Shown piece by piece: positions 49,630 to 60,932 of a stretch of DNA of 64,000 nt. Every line of letters begins with the position of its first letter. Position 1 is the first letter of the stretch. The notes beneath the pieces are model-generated. The model searched no databases. It was not told the origin of the DNA and was given only the letters and a program-made list of their open reading frames with translations. Source of the DNA: Raillietiella orientalis (taxonomy: Eukaryota); contig JAYWIR010000012.1 in assembly GCA_036172245.1 (NCBI GenBank), forward strand, positions 3,162,001 through 3,226,000. Direction: 5' to 3'. Position numbers and translations under genes: made by a program.

Positions 49630-52546
49630 ATGAGCGTCCCCAGCGCCCCCGAGAGGAAAAACCACGTCATCTTCCTCTGCGACCGAGTCCACCGCCCTTC
49701 GAGGGACGGAGACGAGGAGGGGGGAGGAGCATCTTTTTCGGATGGCGAGCCGAGCGATGGGAGGCGACAATCCCACTGGAACGCTTCCCCCTTCTGGGGC
49801 GGTGTTTCCGCCCGATGCGCTCGCGCGAGCCGCGAAAGGTTTCGTCGCAGGTCTCCGAGGAGCGCCTCGGGGAAACAGCGCACCACGGCAAGGCGACTAT
49901 GGACTGAAAGCCCGCCCACAGGGAGGTGCCTCTTCCCGCAGGCGAGATCTCTGCCGTCACCAAGAAGCTCAAGAGGCGCGCAGCATCAGCAGAGGGAGAA
50001 AATGACTTGATGAGAGGGTGATTCCGCGGAGGATCTGGGGTCACGCTGCTGATTTGAAGGACAAGCGAGGAGCCCGCCTTCTTCTGGCCAGCGAGTCAGC
50101 ATCCCCTCTCCGGGGAGGAGGGGCTTGCTCCAACCTGACCAACTGGAATTCGATCGTATTCAGGGGTCACGGATGCCGGGCTGCTGCCGAAACTTCTCGA
50201 CCGCTGCGGAGTGACCGCCTGAGGGCAGATGATGGTCCGCCCCAGAAGAGGCATGCTCCTTGCCCCCGAGACCAACCTGGTCTCCGCGCTGGGTGAGCAA
50301 CGATCTGAGTAGGGGAGCCGCTGACCGAGAAGACATGGGGTGACTCAGAAAGGGAGCTCTCAAGAGAGCACAGTTCCTGGGGAATGCGGGCGATCGCGGC
50401 CAAACCGCAGGGGGCGTTCTGCTACGCGAACCTGAAGCTTCGGGGATCTCCCGCCCATCTTTCTGGCCCCATTCGGGCTCGATGCCGGAACAGTGACTCA
50501 CTCACTGTTTGCTACGGAGGTCGCCACGTGTGCGACCTGCCGGCGAAGATGCGAACTAGGCAAAGAAGTAGCCCAAGCTGCCCAGCATCCTCCCGATTTG
50601 TCTACTGAAGGGCCCTGGAGGCCCTCGACCCGTCCCAGACTCCCTTCTGCTGTCGCCCACGCCCTCCCCTAGCGTCGTCTGTAGAAGAGTCCCTTCGTCG
50701 GGGAACGGGCAAGGAGAGAGGACTTTCCGGAAAGGGCAGCGTGACTAACTCTGTCCGGAAATCCCGGGTGGATGCTTGAAAATTCGCAACAGAGGCGTGG
50801 TCTGGCTGCCCCTCAGAAAGAAGGAAAGACCCTACTCCAGGCTTCTGCTTCCGAATGGGGCCGTAGGTCCGAACCCCGAACCGCTTTTTCCTCTCCTTCC
50901 CTGTGTTCCCTACTCCTTGCTCGCCTGCCTCCTTGCGAAGAGAAGACCCGTACCGATGCCCTCCCAAAAAGACCCGACCCAAGGTCAACCGTCCGAAGCA
51001 CCTCTTTCCGGCCCTTGATCGGACCGGACTTTAAGGAATCTACAGGAGTGGTCGCATCGCTGGATCTCCTGGATTACGAAGGGACCTCGGGTTCGAGTCC
51101 AGTCTTCAGAAGGATGGCGTCGAAGTCCTAACGATGCACCAGGCACCGGTATTTACCGGGGCGCGTGATGACCAAGCTGAGGGCCGATCTCTGGTGACGT
51201 TGGGAGGAGGCCCCGAGTCCCTTTGATGGACTTGTGAGCTCCGCATCGGGATGGCGGTCTTGGCCTCCTGACGCTGGAGCGGATGGAAATTCAGCTGCGA
51301 TGGCGAACCATGGCCATCAGGGCGATGTACTGGAGCACCCCCTGTTGCGTTCCGGCCCGCCTCCTCGACCGCCTTCTCGCCCGTCGTGTACCCGGAACGG
51401 AGGGGCTTGCGCCTCATCTTTTGTGCCCCGGCCGGAAGATAAGATGCGGCCTCCTCCTCGGGCGCATAGCCATCCTGGCGAAGAAGAACAGCTTGATGGT
51501 GCGCAGCCCCGCCAACTCTAGTGCATGGCTAGAAGAAACAGTTGACACGGGGCGAAGTTGAACCAACCAAGAAATGAAATGTGGAACTGCCTGCGATTGA
51601 GCAACCTCTCCCGCTGCTCGCTGCGGAAGGTCCTGGAGTGTCCGATCAGGAGCACGCGGGTCGAGATGACCCCCCTCGCTACGGCAATGCCTACGGAGAC
51701 GCAGAGTGGGGCTGCGCAAAGCAGTGGACACCGCGGTACTGGCGCCCTACGAGAGAGAAAAGCAATTGTCATCCGGCAAGGTGGGAATGTGGGAGTGACC
51801 CACAGCGGGAATCACCCAGCTCCATGGAGGATGGGCTGTAGTCCGGCGACGGCCGATGAGTTCCGGCTCGGAGCATACGGGCGGCTCCACGAAGGATGCT
51901 GCGGGTAGCGCACCTACTCCTCTCCTCTCCCCATCCTTTGCGTCCGGATGCGCCCGCGCTCCGCTTCGGAAAGGGCAGAGAGCGACGACGACGGCTTGCG
52001 ACCGAGAGCAACGGAGGCCGTTATCGTAGCGCCGCAGGGGAAGAAACCTCGCGACCCCTGTGAGCTCATCCCAACACCCGTGGCGGACTGAGGAGAAAGG
52101 CCTTTTCTTAGCTCTCCCCCACCCGGAACAAGTCCCAAGCAATCCCCTTCTCCCGAGGAGCGCGCTTTTCTGCATCTTCAGCAGCGGGCGTCATCTTGAG
52201 CAGCGATCGCCCTGGCAACGAACCGCGTCGCCTGCTGACCTTCAGGGGTGCGGTCACCACCTGCTCCTCCTTCGGGGGAAAGGGAAGGCGGCTCCACCAG
52301 ACCCCAGAGGCGATGGATTGACCTCCGGAAGGACTAAGGATCCCCATTCTTTATTCACATTAGCTTGTATCTATCGTTTCCTCCCCTCTTTGCCGCGTCG
52401 GACCCTTTCCCAATGGCGCCTAGGACAGTGTCCGGCTTCCGCTGTGAAGAGTCCTCGTGGGACACGGTCCCCACATTCCCTACTCTCCACAGCCGTTTGT
52501 TGAATCGGTAGGGATGTCCCGGCATAGCCAGGTAAAAAAAAAAAAA
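49630..52546 (+). mobile_element. Decayed, probably internally deleted LINE ending in poly(A)
   Basis: ORF1-like VCYGGRHVC...CP at ~50500-50590 and APE start MWNCLRLSN...TETQ at ~51580-51710. A C-terminal-like ALFCIFSSGRHLE follows, then the 3' UTR and cccggcatagccaggt with A13 (52534-52546). Confidence 0.55.
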
Positions 52547-55269
52547 TCCCACGATCTCCGTGGCTTCTGGCACGGCCTGCTGCGCCATTCTCCTACCCTC
52601 CGCCCTCTTCCTTACCTTTCCAGTTTTCCCCTCCCAGCACCAAGTTGGATGGAACTCCCGCGGAACTCCTCGACTCGGAAGATGTGATAGAACCGCTTCA
52701 GCAGTCGGGTGGGACGCCAAGGGAGACTGCAGAACCGGGAAGAGGGGAGGAAGGGGCCGGTTGCTGTTGACCGCACCGTGCTGGAGGGAGCACGGGTTGC
52801 TCGACGGCCTATCTCGGAGCTCTTCCATGCCGGAAGTGGGTCTGCAGGGGTGCTGCTGCTCGTACGATCCAGAACGGCCGTTTCCATCTTGGGGCCGCTG
52901 CCGCTGCTGTTGTCACGGGTTCCTACCCCCGCGGCGTCCTCTCCGCAGAGTCCGTTTCCGGGATGCCTTCGCACCAGTCCCGCACGCGTCTGGCCCGCGC
53001 AACAGACGGCGAAGACTTTTCCGGACAGCGGGACGTAGGGGGAGGGGGGGGGGAAGTGTGGTCCGTGGCCAGCCGGAGGAGCGCTCGCTGAGGGCCGTCC
53101 TGCCTTTCCCCGCGCGATCCAGAGAAGCCCCCTCCAGTCAGGGTTCCTTCCTAGAGGAAAAGGTCCCTAAAGAGTACCCGTTACACCCTCTATTTTTTTT
53201 TCTGTCTCCGGACGCCTGCAGACCTCCGGGCACGTCGTTTTCGGAGGGACCTCCGCGTTCGAGTGCGTGGACTGCCACGCATTCCGCGCACCTGCCAGCA
53301 GGGAGTTCCCTCGGCTTGAACTGCGCCATCTGCGGTTTCCTGGGAACCTTCAACCTTCACCTCCGTCCTTAGCTGCTGAATCGACCGCGTGCGGAGTGGA
53401 CCAGTTACGCGCGCAAGACACTGCACCGCGCGCCGATGCCCTCTGCTTTCAAACTTTCCCTCTTCCCGGACGACGACGCCTCTCTCCCCGGCATCTGTAG
53501 ATGATGATCCGGCAGGAGGCGCACGCTGGTGTGGAGCAGCAGCAGTCCATAATCTTCCATTCGGCGCCTTTTTTTCCCCCTTCCTTCCTTCCTTTGTTTT
53601 TACGGAAGTCCTTCCTACGTCTCTCAGCGAAATTCATCTGCGTTGATGGTCCATGACGTGCCACGTGCTTCCTGATGAAGCCCAACAGGCGATCCATCTT
53701 TGGATTCGACGCGTGAGCACGGTGAAAGGAGGGAGGGGGAGGATGCGAAGAGCAGGGCGAGACCCCCCCCCCCCTCTTGTTTTTTTGTTGTTTCACCTTT
53801 GAATCAGCGCGCGTCCCCTCTTTGCCCCTCCGCTCTCCTGGCCGAAGTGACCCTCTCTGCCCAAAGAGAGCCAGCCCCCCCTTACCTCCTCCGCGCAGCA
53901 TCCCTTCCCTGGATGCGCGCAACCCGCAGGCATCCAAAGCCCTCGTGCCTCCCCTCCTCCCCCGAGTCCTTGTGCAAACATCTCCCACGCGCGCGCGTGC
54001 GCGTCTTACCCCAACCCTGGGACGTTCGAAAGAGCTAATGCAAAGGTCTTTCCGCCTGCCACGTCGATGGCTGCAGTCCAGCGGGCCCCTCTTGCGCCTC
54101 CTGCTCTAATGCGATTGGGGAGGACGCCGGGCGGCAGACTTGTTGCGAGAGACCGGAGTATCCACCCCCTCCTCCTCCTCCTCCCCTTTTGTTCTGTTCA
54201 TGTTATTTTTGTGATCTTCTTTCCGCACGAATGTGTCCGGGGAAAAACTCCTAAATCATCCCCAATAGAGTCGATGCTTTAATGGAAGGTTTGACGATTA
54301 TTCCGTTTTGCTTTTTTCCTTCTTCTTCCATGTTTTTTTTTTTTTTTTCTGCTTTATGGCTTCGCTGCCCAGCAGGAGGAGGACGCCAGAGAGGGTGCTT
54401 TGCTTGCCAGCAGGCCGGCCATGTATCCGGAGGACAAAGATCATTAATCAAGATAAATTCGCCCGTAATTCCTAGCAGCTTTGATTCGATACGTGCGCGC
54501 TTGTGTTTCAAGAGGGCAGCACGTGCCATCTCCCTGCCCGAGAGGAGCACGGAGGAGCATTTTTACTGCTGCATGTGTTTACCGCTGCGCTCGAATGGGC
54601 AGGAGTGATCGACGATTTGTTGATTAGAAGGAAACAGGAGGAGGAGGAGGAGGGGGGTGAGGAGGAATCGCGCGCGCGCACGTCACCAGCCGAAAACGAA
54701 GGGTGCCGCGCGCTTCTGCGGAAAGATCCAAGCAGAGCAGGGGTCCAGGGACGAGCCTGACGAAAGTCCAAGTGCCCCTCCGCCGAACGGAGGCCGCTGA
54801 AAGGGGGGGGCGGGAGGGAGGGAGGGAGACGACGAGGGTGGGGGAGGGGAAGGAGGAGCAACACGGTCGCGTTCCAGGAAAGTCTTCCTCCTCGGAGAAG
54901 CGCGCGCGCTCCGTTTCACCCCTCCCCCTTCCTGCTTGGAACGCACATCCAGGGAGAGCGGGTCGAACGGCAACGGCGGAGCGTAAATCGCTCGTGCAAA
55001 CTCCCGATGTCCGCAAGCCCCGTTGCAGCGTGTCGGCGGCAGGCTGCGACGCCTTCCTCCGTCCCCTTCGCATTCCCAACTTGAACTCTGCCGACGACGT
55101 GTCGCATCCGATTTCGTCTCATCAGAGCATGCTTAATTCCATCATATCGTGTAACTGATTTAATTGATGCCATGATGTCGCATTACCTAAACTAATCGAT
55201 ACGTAATTCGGTTAAGCGTACGGTTCTGCCGAGTGCCCCCAACACGTGTACGGAAAACCATGGCGACGG

Positions 55270-55480
55270 CGGCGATCTCGGTGGAAATCGAAAAAACAAA
55301 AACAAAAAAAAAACCAAGGAAAAAAAAAAAAAAAAACGGGAGCATCACCACTGTTGCTCCAACCGATGCAACAGGTAATCGACACCTTCCTGTTTCCCCT
55401 CCCCCCCCCCTTTTCCACCGCTCCCTCCCCCCCCTTTTTTTTTAAAAAAAAAAAAAAAAAATAATAATAAATAAATAAAT
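55270..55480. repeat. Homopolymer-rich low-complexity tract (poly-A, poly-C, poly-T, AAT/AAAT)
   Basis: Directly visible runs. Confidence 0.8.
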
Positions 55481-56849
55481 CGACAACATGGGAACAAGTT
55501 CCCCGACAGAATTTCGTCTTCGAATTTATTATTGAAATGCGTGTGAAATCTCCAAAGCGGCGTAATCCGCCCAGATTTAAAGGCGACTATTAAGTCCAAA
55601 TCCTCAGATCACACAAAGCAATTCACAAGAAAATGAAGCAATTTATCATTCGAGGATGAAAGGAGATTTGTTTTATCTGGTAAAACATCACTCACGTGAA
55701 AGAAATGTATCATCCAGGAAAACTCTGCATCTCACTTGTCTGTCGAAACTTCATCAGAAAAACGAATCGAGCGACGACCGAAGGGAAATTAAAACCAAAA
55801 GCACTCCGGAAAGGGGGGAGGGAGGCAGGGGGGGGGGGAGAAGGCAACCCTCGCACGTTCTGGCTGCTGCCATAAGGGTGGGGGTGGGGGTGGGGTATCC
55901 ACAAATAAGAAGGAAAGCTCTTTCGTGTGTGCCTTCGTGTGGCTTCTAGCTGTTTTTCAAGCTACTAATTTCGATTGATTCGTAGCCATCCGCCAGATGA
56001 ATTTTTGTGGTTGAAGCGCGCGCTTTCACATTGGTCCTGCATCCACAGAAGAAGGTTCAACCCATCTTGAGATTGAGACGGAACGGAGCATCCCCCCCCC
56101 CCCTTCCTCCCCTTCCTTCCCTTCCTCAAAATCTGACCTTGCCGTCTACGATTTGTCCATGACAATTCTACGTCTCCTTGAAGGATGGGAAAGGCAGTTC
56201 TCGAATCAATCGATAGTCTCTAGCTGGTAAAATCGGCCCACAAAATCATCTTCGTCTCTCGGAACTTTTTTTTTTTTTTTTTTTTTTTGTCCCCTGGAAG
56301 GAGAGATCTGTTACTTTAAACGTTACCTATAAATCAATCTGCTTCGAAAAAGTTTGCCTTTCGGATCGATGCTTTTGTGTAAGGGTCCACGGAGCGTGCT
56401 TCATCATATTTGAATAAATTGTGGGTTCCCTCTGCACCGAAAAGGAAAAAGGCGAGTGGATGCAGTATTGTGATGCAGAGTGGATCCAAAACAGTTCACA
56501 TCCCACCACAAAGCATTTTCACAGGCTCCTTCCCCTCGGATCCCTCCCCTCCCCCCCCCCCCCGATCCAAGAGAGCCGACTTTTCCAGGAGCGGCGCTCC
56601 GCGGCTCATCCGGTGCACAAAGCAGCGCTAAACGGAGCGAGCCACTGCGTGTGTATAAATAGCACGCCGCCATTGTTGGAGGGTAAATGCTATTTATGCC
56701 GCAACAATGCTACGCAGATGGGTGCTCCTCAGCGCTTCGGGTTGGAAACGCTCTCTAATTCGGGAGGAATCAGTTGGTTTCGCCGAGGGATTTCCAAAGA
56801 GCAAGTAGGCCGACTTCTTCGCCTAGTCGCGGGAAATGCTGACCGGTGA

Positions 56850-57520
56850 TGAACGACCATTTAGCCGGGATGAACTCGTTAGGCCGGACGCCACTGTGAA
56901 GCCCTTCCCCGGTGCGAACCTCGCTTCCCGTCGAGAGCCCGAAACTCCAGGGAATCCGTACTTTTCATCTCCGCAAAGGGCAAAAAACAAGAGGCAAAGA
57001 TGCTGCAGTCAATTGAAAGATGCCGCGCACCTCGAGCGAAAAAGTCTCTTCCGAAATGACGAAAGGCTTTCATGGCCAGCGCGAAATCTCTGCTGGTGTC
57101 TGCACGACCCGCTGGGACACCACCCACCCCCACTCGCGTGCTTTTTTGCTGAAAAACGGAGGAAAGAGACCCCGATTCTTTCTGGAGAGGTCCGTTCGGG
57201 AGCCTTTGGAGATCCGCTTCTCTCCTGGAGAGCGGCAGCCGAGGGCTTGCAGAACCAGCAGACGCGAAGGAAGTCGAAAAGGCGACGAGAGAACCCCGCG
57301 GAAAGGGTAAGCAAGGAAAAGGTACATGGGGATTCACCTCTCCCTGAGAGAGCAAAGATTCGTCACACATCTCTCCCGCGGGAAGGTCTCTGCCTCAGCT
57401 GGGAGAAGGCGAGTCGGAAGCAGAACTGCGGAGGACTGCCGCGCCCTAACAGAAGCTTCTCTCCGGGAATTTCCGTCGACGGAAGAGCTAGAGAAGATCG
57501 AAGAGGAGTCGCTTCGGGAA
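56850..57520 (+). mobile_element. Decayed LINE post-RT fragment
   Basis: HLSLREQRFV...FPSTEELEKIEE resembles the 'LSL.GR..V...P....K.I' segment of L1/Tx1 ORF2. Confidence 0.35.
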
Positions 57521-57831
57521 TAAAGAGTCACGGGGGAAGGAAGGGAGGGGGAGAGAAAAGGGGTTGAACTCCTACGGTAGTACTCCCGCTCCTGGACGTG
57601 CGGGGAAAGCCAAGAGGGATGGCGAGAACACATCCGCTTCGGGTTTCCTCGCCTACTACCGATTCAACCGGGAAGAAAGGAGGCAGGAGTCGGGACTTGA
57701 GGAAAGAGACGATGGGGAGGGAGAGGTGAGGGGGGCAGGAAGAGCAGAAGGAAATGGGGCGAGGAATGCTAGGGCTGGAGAAGGGAAGAACCTGGGCGAG
57801 CAGGACGCATCCAAACTTCATCAGTCGGGAC

Positions 57832-57904
57832 GCTTCAGTCAGGATGAAGGGAAAGAGAACAAAGCGTCTCGCCTTTTCCTCTTTCCCTTCATCCTGACTG
57901 AAGC
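57832..57904. repeat. Perfect 26-bp inverted repeat (hairpin, 21-nt loop)
   Basis: gcttcagtcaggatgaagggaaagag (57832-57857) is the exact reverse complement of ctctttcccttcatcctgactgaagc (57879-57904). Confidence 0.95.
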
Positions 57905-57989
57905 CGCTGAGGCCGTCCCGGGATCCTGAAGGCATCGCGGGGAAGAGGAGGGACGGACAGCGATTCAGAATCGTGAAGGGAAGGGGGAG

Positions 57990-58350
57990 GGAGAGAAGAG
58001 GGGACACTCGAAATCCCGAAGAGACGCCTCCCTTGCTGCGCGCTGTAGGAGCAGCAACCTGCTGCCATCGTCAGAGTCCAGGGATGGCAGCTTCGGATAA
58101 GCAGAGAGCCCAGCGCCGCCTCGGGGCCACCGACAACATGGCAGGAAGAACCCCAGGTGGGTGACTGCCGCGGAATCGTTTCTGAGGGTCTGAGGAGAAC
58201 TCTGGATTGCTAAACCCTCACCCCGCCTCGCTTCGCCTATAGGGAAGAGGATCCCCTGGCAACAGCACTTTGGGCTTGCCTGCGAATAATACGGAAAGAG
58301 AGCGTTGCACTTTCCTCTGCTTGGTCTTTTGCCTCCTCCTCGCATTTCTC
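57990..58350 (-). mobile_element. Decayed LINE post-RT fragment
   Basis: PSRGKCNALF and LPCCRWPRGGAGL (LP...GGLGL-like). Confidence 0.35.
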
Positions 58351-60479
58351 TGACTACTCCTCGGGAGCCTCAGGATGCCTTCCTCACTAAGATCAGAGCC
58401 CCGGATGCGAGCTGAAGAGGTCAGGAAGGCGAGAAAGCAGTGGGATAGCGGGATGCGAGAGGGAGGGGAATGAGCATTTGGCGTGTCACGAGGTCGCTCA
58501 AGCAGCAGCTTGGGCGACCAACCATCGTTCGAGGATGGAAGCCGAGAGGTCACAGGCGAGGACGTCAGCGACCCGTTGGGGTTGTAGTCCCGAAGGAAGA
58601 AACACGCATCCCGTGAGCGCGTCGCAGCGCTTCTCCACCACGATTCCTCCCCTGCCTTCCTCTCTTTATCTTAGTTTTCTTATGCAGTCGTAAATGGAGT
58701 GCTCCCCGCTGCAGTTCGTGGTGGTCGCATCGGAGGCGGAGATCACGTGACCGCGGCCTCGGCCGTGGGAGGCGGGGTAGCGAGGCGGGTGGGCAGGCAG
58801 CGATCGTGCAGCAGAAGCAAGTTTGTCAGAGAGGAGGAGACTTTCGTTAGGAAAGAGAGGGAGAGGTAGAGGGAGGAGTAAGAGAACATTCTTTGTCGCT
58901 TTGAGGTAGCTGCGGAGGAGCGGCTGTTCCTTGAGAAAATCGAGGTGTCCACCTGCCTTCCTCCTTCCACTGCGAAATTCCCCTCACCTGCCGAGGCGGA
59001 TCAGCTCTCTTCTTCCCGCTTTCTCATGGAGAGGATGTCCTTCAGGGAACACACGCCAGGAGCTGTAGGAGTCCCTCGTCCGGATGGGGGGCATCCGTCC
59101 GCTTGGAAACCTCGCACGTGATCCTCGCTCGTCCGGGACGTGGGAAGGAAGGAGGGGGGGAAGGAATCGTTCCGGTGGAGGAACCACGCGGAACCGCCTG
59201 AGACGTGAGAAGGGGAACAACCGGAGGAGCAAGGGAAGAAGGAAAAGCGGTGGAAGGTTCTGGAACGGAGGTTTCTGGAGACGGGCCTCGCGTCCTCATC
59301 TTATTGAAAATTTTAAGGGAAGATTCATGTAGCGGATGTGATGTATGGGATCCCAGAAACGCTCCCGGGATCCCCGTCCACCCGGAGCGCATAAAATATT
59401 CCTTCATTCCAAGAAACCGGTGAAATGTTCATCTTCCAGGAACGACTCCGATAACTCATAACGGGACTTTTATTGCCGGGAAACCGTCCTCTCCTGCAGG
59501 ATTGCAAAATGGTAAAGAAGAAGCAAGAATAAGAAAGGGAAGGGAACAGCACAACCCACGAAAATGGGGAAATGGGCTCTATAGGAGGCGAGTCCTGCTG
59601 CTTGAGAACGAATTGCTGGCGCCCTGGGAATGCGACGTCCTCTCTCCTGCTGCTTCGTCCACGTTTTTCTCGCGCCACTTGTCTCAACCAAGTTGCCATC
59701 CTCTTCTCGACTTGGTCGCAAGACATCGCTCGGAAAGCGGGCGCCGAGATGCCAGCGAACCTCGCCAAAGGTGCGCGAAAGGGAGATCCCAGCGTTTCCC
59801 AGCTGTCCCTTGGGAAGGCTGCTACCTCGGAGGTACCACACTCGGCCTGCGTCCAGGAAGCGTCCGCTGCAGGTCCGCTCTTCCTCCGGCGTCCCTGCCA
59901 GCTTCTGCGGAAGCTGGTCCCCGGAGAACCCCTGAACCAGAGTCTGCCTGATACCAGGAGGTGCAGAAATATCTTGCCTTCCGAGAGCAGGGGTCACTGT
60001 GGAGAATCAGCCTTGGACATGCTGATACATGGAGGAAATGCGAAGCGTGATCCTCAGAGATCGTAACCCTCGTCCACAGTTGCCGGGAGCGGGGACGACG
60101 ACTCTAGGCGAGTTGAGAGCGCCATACTCAGGAAAGGAAGCTGCAGTTCCAGAGGCAGCGTCTCTCCCTGTTCGGACGACCTCCCAAGGAATCCCGGCTC
60201 GAGAGGGCAGCTCGAGGATGGAGGAGCTACTGTTCTGGAAATTCGCCCGCAGCACACCAGGGGATGCGGTTCGAGAAATCCACTGCCTCCAGGACGATAA
60301 ACGACTGAGGGTCGGGACTTCCAAGGCTGCTGGGACTGCTTGTCTTCTGGGAGAGATTCCACAAGGGGTTGTTTTTCAGAGGTCACTCAGCGAAAGCAGG
60401 CTGTTCCGGGATCTCTGGCGTCTTTCTCTTCTTGAGCGCGCGTCCCTCTTCCCGGAGAGCATGCGCGTCCCTTCACGGA

Positions 60480-60660
60480 TTTGCTCGGGAAGAGAGGTCT
60501 CGAAGGAAGCTGGGAAAGCGACGACGGAGGAGTCGAGCAGGATGAGTCGAAGCTCGGTCGAGGAGATGCTGGAAGCTGGCATCACGCGGATCGATGATGA
60601 TTCCCCGCAAGAGTATCCGGGGAGACTCCCGTGTCTTCCGGGGATGAATCTCGAAGATGA
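60480..60660 (+). mobile_element. Possible Ty3/gypsy-like RT-start remnant
   Basis: VEEMLEAGITRIDDDSPQEYP resembles V.EML..GII.PS.SP..SP. No further pol motifs or LTRs were recognised. Confidence 0.25.
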
Positions 60661-60901
60661 AACGGAGCATCAGAGGAGCGTAAAAGATGGATGCGGAGCG
60701 AGGAAAGAGAAGGCTGGATGCGAGAGATGAGATCCTCCCAGCTAAGACGCGAATCGAGATGGAACCGACGGTCCAGATGAAATGTGCGCCGATCCGCATC
60801 CAAGTGGATCGAAGAGGAGACACCGGAGGAAGAATCCAATATACAGAGTAAGGGAGAAGGAAGGGAGGGTCCGACGCAGTTATGGAAACCGAGGCGCCGA
60901 G

Positions 60902-60932
<31 letters not shown>

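Noticed and set aside
53665..53722. Hammerhead-like CTGATGA-agcc/ggc element
   Set aside because: The required GAAA core is absent (reads GATC) and stem I is out of register.
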